NCBI GenBank assembly: GCA_963765575.1
Contig: CAVXWZ010000002.1
Coordinates: 512,001-576,000, forward strand
Length of the DNA stretch: 64,000 bases
Origin: an uncultured cyanobacterium
GTDB lineage: Bacteria; Cyanobacteriota; Cyanobacteriia; PCC-6307; Cyanobiaceae
Direction: 5' to 3'
Shown: positions 46,396-54,989 of the stretch, piece by piece
Layout: every line of letters begins with the position of its first letter
Numbering within the stretch: the stretch's first letter is position 1
Position numbers and translations under genes: made by a program
The notes under the pieces: generated by a model
Told to the model about the DNA's origin: nothing
Database searches by the model: none
The model's input: only the letters and a program-made list of their open reading frames with translations

Positions 46396-46515
46396 CCCAT
46401 CGTTCGAGGTGAAGAAGATGGGCACATGTCACTGCGAAACTTCCCGGAAATGGGGCGCTGGCCCTGCAGGCACGCCCCGCCAGGGCCAGCAGTGACCTCA
46501 ACGTCGACATCAACA
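46390..46515 (+). other. attC site with a degenerate R' box
   Basis: R'' GGCTAAC; CGTT(C)GAGGT (46401) pairs with ACCTCAACG (46495); inner stem GCTGGCCCTG/CAGGGCCAGC; ATC stands where GTT is expected. Confidence 0.65.
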
Positions 46516-46800
46516 GCATGTGTGCGGGTCTTGCCGTGATCAATCAGGAGCTCGGCGCCACGGCCGCCCGGGCACACCGATGGGTCGATGCATGCAGAAG
46601 GACCTGCTGATCACGGCGGCGCAATACGGGGCGCTGGTCTGATCGTGCAATCTCAGCCGCGCCATGGGGCGTTCTCTGGCTGCAGCAACGCCGCGAGGCG
46701 GCGCTCCAGGGCGGGCTGGGGCTGCCGGTCGGCCTGGCCAGCCCCCAGCAGCCCCCGGCAGCAACGAGGATGGCAGCGGTCTTTCGCCACGCCCGCTCCC

Positions 46801-47694
46801 GTGCAACTCTCCCTTGGCTGCCGGCTGGAGCTGCAATGTGAGGCGCCCACGCCGGTGCTCACCCTGGTGCGGCCCCACCTCGGTCTGTTGCCGGATCTGC
46901 AGGCCCCGGAACGGGTGGACCTCAGCCCCGATCGCACCCTCGAGGCGCTCACCGATCGCAGCGGCAACCGCTGGAGCCGGATGGTGGCCCCCAGCGGCGT
47001 CACCCGCTTTCACTACGCCACCAGCATCAGCTGCCCGGACGGGCCCGATCCGGTGCAGCCCTCCGCCCGCCAGTGCCCGGTGGAGGCCTTGCCGATCGAC
47101 ACCTACCCCTTTCTCACCGCCAGCACCTACTGCGACACGCCAGCCCTGATGTCGCTGGCCTGGCGGGAGTTCGGTGCGACCCCCGCGGGCTGGAAGCGCG
47201 TGCAGGCCATCTGCGACTGGGTGCATGGGCACATCCGTTTCGATTACGAGGCGGTGCAGCCCCACAAGACCGCCAGCCACACCCTCAGCGACGCCGCCGG
47301 TGTGTGCCGCGACTTCGCCCATCTGGCCATCAGCTTCTGCCGCTGCCTCAACATCCCCGCCCGCTACTGCACCGGCTACCTCGGGTACACGGGCATCCCG
47401 GTGGGCGAAGCGCCGGTGGACTTCTCCGCCTGGTTCGAGGCCTTCCTCGGCGATCGCTGGTATGTGTTCGACGCCCGCCACAACATCCCCCGCTGCGGCC
47501 GGGTACTGATCGCCCGCGGCCGCGACGCCGGCGATGTGCCCTTCCTGCTCTCCTTCGGTGAGCACCAGCTGCTCAGCTTCGAGGTGATCACCGAGGAGCT
47601 GATCCCCAGCCCGCTCAGCGGCACCGCCACGGGTGGGACCTCCGGCAGGGAGTCGATGGCCCTGGGAACTGCAGATGTGGGCAGTTCAACCTAA
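46801..47694 (+). CDS. Transglutaminase-like (cysteine protease fold) protein
   Basis: DRSGNRWSR, RVQAICDWVH, GVCRDFAHLAI, PARYCTGYL, DFSAWFE, GRDAGDV. Probable GTG start. Confidence 0.9.
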   Translation: MQLSLGCRLELQCEAPTPVLTLVRPHLGLLPDLQAPERVDLSPDRTLEALTDRSGNRWSRMVAPSGVTRFHYATSISCPDGPDPVQPSARQCPVEALPIDTYPFLTASTYCDTPALMSLAWREFGATPAGWKRVQAICDWVHGHIRFDYEAVQPHKTASHTLSDAAGVCRDFAHLAISFCRCLNIPARYCTGYLGYTGIPVGEAPVDFSAWFEAFLGDRWYVFDARHNIPRCGRVLIARGRDAGDVPFLLSFGEHQLLSFEVITEELIPSPLSGTATGGTSGRESMALGTADVGSST

Positions 47695-47780
47695 GAGTTC
47701 AAGCCAGAATTTCCCTGCAAAACAACATCGCCTCTCGTTTCAGGCATGCCTGTAAAATCCCAGCCAGCAACGTGTTTCCC

Positions 47781-48086
47781 ATGGGATTTGCTGCTGCGCT
47801 TGCCGCCGCAATCATCCTCGCCCCAACGGCCGCCCGCGCTGAGGATCCCGGAACCGATTGGCGCTCCTTCAGAGACTGGCTGTTGAGCAGTGGCCGGCCC
47901 GAACTGCTGAAAATCTGCGCCATCGGTCAACAGGTCAACGCCCGGGACCAATCCCTTCGCGATCCCGCCGTCGCCAAGCAATACACCGACCAACTGCTGC
48001 TGGCCGGCAACGGCCTCGCCTGGATTTCGGCCACCAGGGCGGGCTTCTCCACGGCGATGGATCAGGCCTGCCCGGACGTGTGGTGA
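47781..48086 (+). CDS. Small secreted hypothetical protein
   Basis: Signal peptide ending ARA-ED; two Cys residues (C-terminal ACPDVW); AT-richer upstream region. Confidence 0.65.
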   Translation: MGFAAALAAAIILAPTAARAEDPGTDWRSFRDWLLSSGRPELLKICAIGQQVNARDQSLRDPAVAKQYTDQLLLAGNGLAWISATRAGFSTAMDQACPDVW

Positions 48087-48114
48087 GTTCGTGTGGTGAG
48101 CTCGTGTGGTGAGC
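48078..48114. repeat. 13-bp tandem repeat GTGTGGTGAG(N)TC, 3 copies, containing the stop codon
   Basis: gtgtggtgagttc gtgtggtgagctc gtgtggtgagc. Confidence 0.8.
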
Positions 48115-48263
48115 GTGAGGCCCCCCGTCAGGCGCACGGCCCACACCAGCAAGTTTGACAAGCCGAATCAGGCAGCCGACTGACACCAACGGCTGCCGAG
48201 GCTGATGGCAGGTCTGGGGCACAGAGCCGGTAATTTCGATGGACCGCCGGTGCCCAGCCCAGG

Positions 48264-49334
48264 ATGTCCCAACGTCGACCTGACGGTCCTCCCAGCCCTT
48301 CCGGCACCGGGCCCGCCCGCGGCCGCCGCCTCGCGGCGGGACTGCTGGCCGCTGGCGCCCTGGCCGTGGTAGGGGGCGTGGCCTTCCGAGCGCAGCTGCG
48401 CTCCAGCGCCCCGGCCCTGGCCGACGCCGCCGCTCCGGCGGTCATGGAGGCCCCTGCCACGGCCGTGACCCTGCCCTCGGATCCGGCCCAGCCGCGCCTG
48501 GCCGATGGCCGTCACTACCCCTTGGTGCCGGCCGATCCGGCCGAGCTGGCGGCCCTGCTCACGGCGGTCGAGACGGCCCTGCGCGAGCCCACCACCCCCG
48601 CCGCACAGCTGCCGCGCCTCGGCCACCAGCAGCAGGTGATCTACCGCCGGCTCTCCCACGACCCCGCCCGCTCCGACGCCGTCCTGGCTCGCCTGGATCC
48701 GGCCTGGCGCAGCGTGGCCGACCGCCACCTGGCGGCCCGCCGCGAGTTCCTGAGCATGCAGCGCCGCAGCCGGCCGCTCACGACCCTGCCGGCCTGGCGG
48801 ATCATCCCCCCCGCCCCGGCCGAGGAGTTGCTGGCCCACTACCGCAAGGCCGCCGCCACCACCGGTATCGACTGGGAGGTGCTGGCGGCGATCAACCTGG
48901 TGGAAACCGGCATGGGCCGCATCGACGGCGTGTCCGTGGCCAACGCCCAGGGCCCGATGCAGTTTCTGCCCACCACCTGGGCCCAGCCCGGCGTGGGCCA
49001 GGGCGACATCCGCGATCCCCACGACGCCATCCAGGCCGCCGCCCGCTACCTGGTGCGCCGCGGTGGCGCCCAGGACATCCGCAAGGGCCTGTGGGGCTAC
49101 AACAACAGCGACTACTACGGCCGCGCCGTGCTGCTCTACGCCTCGCTGCTGCGCGACGACCCGCGGGCCTACACCGGCCTCTACCACTGGGAGATCCACG
49201 TGCAGTCGGCGGCCGGTGACCTCTGGCTGCCGGTGGGCTATGCCCAGAGCCAGCCGGTGCCGGTGGCCACCTACCTGCAGCAGGTGCCTGCCAGCGCCCC
49301 ACCCAGGAGCGCCCCTGGCGCGGCCGGGGGATGA
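48264..49334 (+). CDS. Lytic transglycosylase (SLT domain)
   Basis: WEVLAAINLVET, AQGPMQFLPTTW, DAIQAAARYL, YNNSDYY; N-terminal TM anchor. Confidence 0.88.
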   Translation: MSQRRPDGPPSPSGTGPARGRRLAAGLLAAGALAVVGGVAFRAQLRSSAPALADAAAPAVMEAPATAVTLPSDPAQPRLADGRHYPLVPADPAELAALLTAVETALREPTTPAAQLPRLGHQQQVIYRRLSHDPARSDAVLARLDPAWRSVADRHLAARREFLSMQRRSRPLTTLPAWRIIPPAPAEELLAHYRKAAATTGIDWEVLAAINLVETGMGRIDGVSVANAQGPMQFLPTTWAQPGVGQGDIRDPHDAIQAAARYLVRRGGAQDIRKGLWGYNNSDYYGRAVLLYASLLRDDPRAYTGLYHWEIHVQSAAGDLWLPVGYAQSQPVPVATYLQQVPASAPPRSAPGAAGG

Positions 49335-50650
49335 GCAACACGCTCGTGCTGTTGGCCGCCGCAGCGGGGCTGGACCCCCTGCTGGACTGGCTGGAACTGC
49401 AGCAGACCAGCCTGGCCGGGTTCCGCCTCCTGGCCAACACCGAGCTCGCCCAGGCGCTCGCCAGCCGCCCCGTCAGCGCCGGGCTGAAACTCAGCGAGCA
49501 GCACACGCTGGGCAGCCTCGAGGGCGGCGCCGACATCCGCGCCGCCGCCCTGGTGCTCGACGGCGACGCAGCCGCCGTGGTGGCCTTCCCCGATCCCCGC
49601 TCAGCCGCCCATCAGCAGGCGGATACGGCGCTGCTGATCCGGGCCTGCGCCATCGCCCAGACCCCCCTGGCCCTCAACGCCGCCAGCGCCGATCTGGCCC
49701 TGCGGGGCCTGGGCCGCAGCCGGCTGGCCTACCTGCTGTTCAATCCGGTGGCGGGCAACGGCGATGCCGGCGCCGAGCTGGCCCGCATCCGCTTCCTGCT
49801 CGAGCCCCAGCTGCTGGTGACGGTGGTGCACACCCGCGCGGACGTGGATCCAGCCGCCCAGACCCACAAGCTGGTGGAGCTGATCGAGGCCAGGCCCGAG
49901 GGCCATCCCGCCGGCGCCATGGTGGTGGCCTGCGGCGGTGACGGCACCGTGTCGGCCGCGGCCAGTGTGCTGGCCGGCACCACCATCCCCCTGGGGGTGA
50001 TCCCCCGCGGCACCGCCAACGCCTTCGCCACCGCCCTCGGCATCCCCACCGACCTGACGGCCGCCTGCCAGGTGCTGCTGGCCGGCCACGAACGACGCCT
50101 CGACACCGCCCTGTGCAACGGGCGGCCGATGGTGCTGCTGGCGGGGCTCGGCTTCGAGGCCGGCATGGTGGAGCGGGCCAACCGCGAGCTCAAGAGCCGC
50201 TTCGGCTCCCTGGCCTACGTGCTCGCCGGAGCCCAGCAGCTGCTCAGCCAGCAGCCGTTCCAGGCCCGCCTCAGCATCGACGGCAAGACCAGCGAGCTGC
50301 AGGCAGTGGCGATCACCGTGGCCAACGTGGCCCCCGGCACCTCCGTGCTCGCCCAGGGCTTCGGGGAGGTGGTGCCCGATGACGGGCTGCTGGAGGTGAC
50401 CGTGGCCACCCCCGCCAGCCGCCTGCAGGGCCTCAATGCCCTGGCGGCGCTGATGGCCTCGGCCGTGGTGCAGTCACCCACCAGCCACCCCGACCTGCTC
50501 TGCCTGCGGGCCCGCGAGATCCGCATCGAGACCGACAGCCCCCAGAAGCTGGTGATCGATGGGGAGATGATCACCAGTGCCAGCGTGGAGATCGGCTGCC
50601 GTCCCGATTCCCTCAGCGTGGTCACCCCCCTGGCCGTCACGCCGGCCTGA
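49331..50650 (+). CDS. YegS/BmrU-family lipid kinase with an N-terminal methylglyoxal-synthase-like domain
   Basis: FNPVAG, ACGGDGTVS, IPRGTANAFA, DDGLLEV, IDGE; N-terminal GADIRAAA...LIRAC...PLALN. Confidence 0.85.
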   Translation: MSNTLVLLAAAAGLDPLLDWLELQQTSLAGFRLLANTELAQALASRPVSAGLKLSEQHTLGSLEGGADIRAAALVLDGDAAAVVAFPDPRSAAHQQADTALLIRACAIAQTPLALNAASADLALRGLGRSRLAYLLFNPVAGNGDAGAELARIRFLLEPQLLVTVVHTRADVDPAAQTHKLVELIEARPEGHPAGAMVVACGGDGTVSAAASVLAGTTIPLGVIPRGTANAFATALGIPTDLTAACQVLLAGHERRLDTALCNGRPMVLLAGLGFEAGMVERANRELKSRFGSLAYVLAGAQQLLSQQPFQARLSIDGKTSELQAVAITVANVAPGTSVLAQGFGEVVPDDGLLEVTVATPASRLQGLNALAALMASAVVQSPTSHPDLLCLRAREIRIETDSPQKLVIDGEMITSASVEIGCRPDSLSVVTPLAVTPA

Positions 50651-50675
50651 TCCGCCCCTGGCGCCGCATCCGCCC

Positions 50676-52253
50676 ATGACCTTCGCCAGCGAAGCCGGTA
50701 TCCCCACCAAGATCCGGCGCATGGCCGAGAGGGTGCGCTGGGGGCATCCGGCCCTGGCGGCGGCGGGCGTCGATCCCTGCCGGTTGGCTCTGGAGGGCGA
50801 CCCGGGTGGCAGCGGGGCCTTCAGCTTCCTGGTGATCGGCGACAGCGGCACCGGCCGCCGCGGCCGCAACGACCCCCAGCGGCTGGTGGCCGAGCTGCTG
50901 CTGGCCCATGGCGACGACGCCAGCTTCCTGCTGCACACCGGCGATGTGGTGTACCTGGTGGGCTCCAGCGAGCAGTACCGCCGCAACTTCATCCGCCCCT
51001 ACCGCGAGTGGCTGGTGGGGGGCGAGCAGTGGCGACGGCTGCGCCCCCGCGAGCTGGTGTTCCGCCGGCCGTTTCTGCCGGTGCTCGGCAACCACGACTA
51101 CTACGACCTGCCCCTGGCCCTGGCCCTGCTGTCGGTGCTCACGGCCCTGCCCCGCCGGCTGCTGCGGCCCTGGGTCAACCTCGATGTGGGCTGGCACGGT
51201 TCCTTCTGCGGCCAGGCCTGGAGCGAGGCCTTCGTGGATGGGCTGGCGGCCGTGCCGGAGGGGCGCCTGGCCGCCCACCTGGCGTCCACCCGCAGCGCGC
51301 CGGTGGATGGCCCGGGCGGACGCCGGGCCCTGCTCTACCGCCCCGGTCACTTCACGCGTCTGCCCAACCGCTACTACGCCAGCCGCTGGGCGGGGATCGA
51401 CCTGTTCGCCCTTGACTCCAACACCTTCAACGCCCCCCTCGCCGAGGCCTGGGGCGAGGCGGAGCGCCAGGACCTGCTGCGGCAACGCCAGACCCTGGAG
51501 GCTGAACGGGCAGAGCTGCTGCGGGAGCTGGGGGGCACCTGGCTGGCGGGGCGCCACGACGAGCAGGCCGACGACAGCCTCGCCGATGCCCTGGGCCTGG
51601 TCGAGGAGCTGGACGAGCGCATCCACGACATCAACAAGCAGCTGGCCAGTGCCGCCGCCGCCCGCTCCGGCCGTTCCCCCGCCCTCGACCAGGAGCAGCT
51701 GGCCTGGTTCGAGCGCGAGCTGCTGGCCTCCTGGCGCAACCCGGCCGTGCGCGGCCGGCTGCTGGTGCTGCACCACCCGCCCTACGTCACCGAGGCCACC
51801 AAGTGGAACCAGGCCCAGACCCTGGCGGTGCGCCACCAGCTGCAGCAGGTGCTGGATCGGGTGGCCGACCAGCTGGGGGAGCGGCCGGGCGGCAGGCCGC
51901 TGCTGGATCTGGCCTGCAGCGGCCACGCCCACTGCCTGGAGCTGGTGCGGGTGGGCGCCACCGGCCGCGGCGATGCCGGCATCCCCTGGCTGGTGTGCGG
52001 TGGTGGCGGCTACAGCCTGCGCCGCCAGCGGCCAGAGGGGCCGGTGCTCAGCGATGCCGGCGGCCGCCCCCTGGCCCGCTCGCACCTGTTCCATGGCCGC
52101 GACGGCCATGGCGCCGAGCTGCGACGCCGCTACTCCGGGGTGCGCGTGGATGTGGACGCCGGTTCGCCGCCGCGGTTCACGCTCACCCCCCTGGTGGCGG
52201 AGCGGGCCAGGGGCCGCTGGCACTGCCGGCCGTTGGCACCGATCCGGATCTGA
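50676..52253 (+). CDS. Calcineurin-like metallophosphoesterase
   Basis: IGDSG, HTGDVVY, LGNHDYY, HHPPY, SGHAH. Confidence 0.88.
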   Translation: MTFASEAGIPTKIRRMAERVRWGHPALAAAGVDPCRLALEGDPGGSGAFSFLVIGDSGTGRRGRNDPQRLVAELLLAHGDDASFLLHTGDVVYLVGSSEQYRRNFIRPYREWLVGGEQWRRLRPRELVFRRPFLPVLGNHDYYDLPLALALLSVLTALPRRLLRPWVNLDVGWHGSFCGQAWSEAFVDGLAAVPEGRLAAHLASTRSAPVDGPGGRRALLYRPGHFTRLPNRYYASRWAGIDLFALDSNTFNAPLAEAWGEAERQDLLRQRQTLEAERAELLRELGGTWLAGRHDEQADDSLADALGLVEELDERIHDINKQLASAAAARSGRSPALDQEQLAWFERELLASWRNPAVRGRLLVLHHPPYVTEATKWNQAQTLAVRHQLQQVLDRVADQLGERPGGRPLLDLACSGHAHCLELVRVGATGRGDAGIPWLVCGGGGYSLRRQRPEGPVLSDAGGRPLARSHLFHGRDGHGAELRRRYSGVRVDVDAGSPPRFTLTPLVAERARGRWHCRPLAPIRI

Positions 52254-53673
52254 GCCCAGGCCGCATCAGCGCCCAGGCCTGGCGCAGGGTGCCGGCATCA
52301 CCCAGGTTGCCGGGGAAGGTGAGCAGCGGCAGCCCCGCCAGCGCCCGATCGCCGGCGGGCAGGAGCACCAGCGACAGCCCCGGCAGCAGCTGGCCCTGCA
52401 GCTCCACCAGCCCCGCCCCCAAACCGTCGGCCAGCAGGGTGTGGGTGGTGATGCCGCCCTTGCTGATCACGTAGCCCAGCCGCGGCGCCAGGGCTGCGAC
52501 CAGCCGCGCCATCAGGGCCGCCAGCTCCAGCCCCAGCCGGCGCCGCTCGCCGGCCGAGCGGCAGGCCAGCTCGCCGCGGCTGCTGAACAGCACCGGCGTG
52601 CGTCCGGCGGCCAGCGCCGCCTCCAGCCGCTGCAGCCAGGTGCGCTCCAACGAGGCCAACAGCGCGCCGGGCAGGGGGCCCTCCAGCACCCGGGCCACCT
52701 TGGCCACCTGCACCTCGATCGCGGCGCAGCCGGGTTCAGCCAGCAACGCCTCCAGCTGGGCATCGGCCAGGGGCACATGGGAGCCCACCAGCACCAGGCC
52801 CGGCAGCGGCACCCCCTGGGCGTCCCGGCGGCGCAGGCCCGCCAGGGCCGCCGGATCCAGGGGCTGGGGGTCGAGGGGCGCCAGGGCATTGAGCAGGCTG
52901 GCGGCCGCCTGGAACAGAAACTGGCGCGGCCGGCCCCAGCGCTGTGCGGCGGCGGGCCCCGTGAGCTCCCGCACCGCCGCCCCCAGGGCCGCCAGCTGCT
53001 GGGGCTGCTCCGCGTCCACCGCCACGCAGCAGTTGTCCGCCAGCGCCGCCAGCCGCCCACACAGCGCCCCAAACCCCGGCCCCTGAGGATCGCCTGCGGC
53101 GGCATCCAATGTCGCCAGGTCGATGCGCTGCACCGCGGCCGCCGGAATCCGCCCGCCGCTCTTCTCCTCCACCCACGCCGGCAGAAAGCTGCTGCGGTAG
53201 CCCAGCAGGCGGTCGCGGGCGAAGGCGGTGGTGTGCACCGGCTCACCCTGCAAATAGTGGACGCCGCCCCGGGTGGTGCGCCCCCCCGGCAGGAAGGCCG
53301 GCACCAGCAGGGTGGCATCGATGCCGGCGGGTCCGCCCAGCTCGGCGGCGATCACCTCCAGCTCCAGGGGGAAATGGCTGCGCAGGGTGGAGTCGCCGCG
53401 GCTCACCAGCAACCAGCGCCCGATCAGCCCCTCGCGGCGGGCCGCCGCCAGGGCCGGCGCCAGGGCCCGGCAGATCTGCCCCACCCGCGCCGCCGCCGCC
53501 GCCGGATCCAGGGCGCGGGTGTTGGCCAGGAGGAACAGAAACGGTGAGGGATGGGCCAGGCCGGCGCGCAGGCTGGCGGCATCCCAGCGCAGCAGCAGCG
53601 GACAGCTGTGCAGGGTCTGGGAGCCGGTGGGGTCGTCGTCGAAGACAACGATCTTGAGGGGGACGGCGGCCAT
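52183..53673 (-). CDS. Four-carbon acid sugar kinase family protein (DUF1537)
   Basis: DDDPTGSQT, SRGDSTLR, PAFLPGGRTT, SKGGITT, FPGNLG. Confidence 0.9.
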   Translation of the reverse strand: MAAVPLKIVVFDDDPTGSQTLHSCPLLLRWDAASLRAGLAHPSPFLFLLANTRALDPAAAAARVGQICRALAPALAAARREGLIGRWLLVSRGDSTLRSHFPLELEVIAAELGGPAGIDATLLVPAFLPGGRTTRGGVHYLQGEPVHTTAFARDRLLGYRSSFLPAWVEEKSGGRIPAAAVQRIDLATLDAAAGDPQGPGFGALCGRLAALADNCCVAVDAEQPQQLAALGAAVRELTGPAAAQRWGRPRQFLFQAAASLLNALAPLDPQPLDPAALAGLRRRDAQGVPLPGLVLVGSHVPLADAQLEALLAEPGCAAIEVQVAKVARVLEGPLPGALLASLERTWLQRLEAALAAGRTPVLFSSRGELACRSAGERRRLGLELAALMARLVAALAPRLGYVISKGGITTHTLLADGLGAGLVELQGQLLPGLSLVLLPAGDRALAGLPLLTFPGNLGDAGTLRQAWALMRPGLRSGSVPTAGSASGPWPAPPPGG

Positions 53674-53687
53674 GGCACCATCGTGCC

Positions 53688-54989
53688 GTGATGCGCCCTG
53701 AGCCCAGCGAACTGCAGGAGCTGGTGCGGGATCTGCACCGGCAGGCCACCCCCTGGCTGCCGGCCGGCAGCGGCAGCCGCCTGGACTGGGGGCCGCCGGT
53801 GCAGCCCGGGCCTGAGCGCAGCGAGCCCCTGGCGCTGAGCACCGCCCGCCTGGACCGGATCGTGGAGCACAACCCGGGCGACTTCACCATCACCGTCCAG
53901 GCCGGCACACCATTGGTAGTGGTGCAGCAGGAGCTGGCACGCCACCGGCAGTGGCTGAGCCTGGACTGGCCCTGGGGCACCGCCGAGCTTGCCGGCGCCC
54001 CCGAGGCCAGCAGTGGCAGCTTTGGTGCCAGCAGTGGCAGCCTTGGTGCCGGCAGCGTCGGCGGGCTGGTGGCCCGGGGTCTGGCCGGCGGCTACCGCCA
54101 GCGCCACCTGGGGGTGCGCGACCAGCTGATCGGCATCGCCCTGCTGCGGGCCGACGGCACCGCCGCCCGCGCCGGCGGCAAGGTGGTGAAGAACGTGGCC
54201 GGCTACGACCTGATGCGGCCGCTGTGCGGCAGCTGGGGCTCCCTGGCCCTGATCACCGAGGTCACCCTGCGCACCCAGCCGTTGCCGCCCCAGCGCCGCG
54301 GGCTCTGGCTGCCCGGCCCGCTGTCGCAGCTGCAGCCCCTGGCCCGCTGGCTGCTCAACTCCAGCCTCAGCCCGGAACGGCTCGACTGGCACCGCCACAC
54401 CCTGCCCGCCGCGCCGGAGCCAGCCGAGAGCGGCAGCGAGACCGCGGCCCTGCTGATCAGCCTGGCCAGCATCAGCCCCGAAACCCTTGAGGATCAGCTC
54501 ACCTGCATCGGCCGCGAAGCCGACCAGGCCGGCCTGGTGGCCGAGCGCCTCGACCCCGAGCGCCTGGAGGCCCACCTGGAGCTGGGCCGGGGGGCGGCAC
54601 AGCCACGGCCCGACTGGCTGCTGCGTGGCGGCGTGCTGCCCAGCCGGGTGCCGGCGCTGTTGGAGGCCCCCGAGCTGCGCGGCGTGAGCGCGGTGATCGG
54701 GGCCGGCAGCGGCCTGGGTGACCTCTGGGCCGCTGCCGCTGCGCTGCCGGCCTACCGGGTGCAGGCCCTGCGCCGCCGCTGCCAGGAGCTGGGCGGCCAC
54801 CTCACCGTGCTGCGCCAGCCGCCCGGCCCGCCGGACAGCGCCATTCCGGCCTGGCTGGATGCCCCGTCGCGGCCACTGATCGAGGCGCTCAAGCGGCAGT
54901 TCGATCCGAAACAGCAGCTGGCCCGGGGCCGGTTGCCGGGGGTTCAGCCCCAGCCCCTTCCCCGGCAGCGGGACTCGCCGCCGAACTGA
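53688..54989 (+). CDS. glcE: Glycolate oxidase FAD-binding subunit
   Basis: TITVQAGTPL, GVRDQLIGI, AGGKVVKNVAGYDLMR, LKRQFDP. Confidence 0.88.
   Translation: MMRPEPSELQELVRDLHRQATPWLPAGSGSRLDWGPPVQPGPERSEPLALSTARLDRIVEHNPGDFTITVQAGTPLVVVQQELARHRQWLSLDWPWGTAELAGAPEASSGSFGASSGSLGAGSVGGLVARGLAGGYRQRHLGVRDQLIGIALLRADGTAARAGGKVVKNVAGYDLMRPLCGSWGSLALITEVTLRTQPLPPQRRGLWLPGPLSQLQPLARWLLNSSLSPERLDWHRHTLPAAPEPAESGSETAALLISLASISPETLEDQLTCIGREADQAGLVAERLDPERLEAHLELGRGAAQPRPDWLLRGGVLPSRVPALLEAPELRGVSAVIGAGSGLGDLWAAAAALPAYRVQALRRRCQELGGHLTVLRQPPGPPDSAIPAWLDAPSRPLIEALKRQFDPKQQLARGRLPGVQPQPLPRQRDSPPN
54006..54047. repeat. In-frame 21-bp tandem duplication in glcE
   Basis: gccagcagtggcagctttggt followed by gccagcagtggcagccttggt (ASSGSFG-ASSGSLG). 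Confidence 0.9.

Larger units (their letters stand above)
43703..46639 (+). mobile_element. Integron gene-cassette array without an integrase in the window (CALIN)
   Basis: Same-strand AT-richer ORFs, each ending in a TAAC box and separated by imperfect palindromes ending in GTTA; see the individual attC sites. Confidence 0.85.

Noticed and set aside
48078..48114. Possible CRISPR array (also 11317-11357 and the attC repeats)
   Set aside because: No constant repeats separated by unique spacers and no cas genes.
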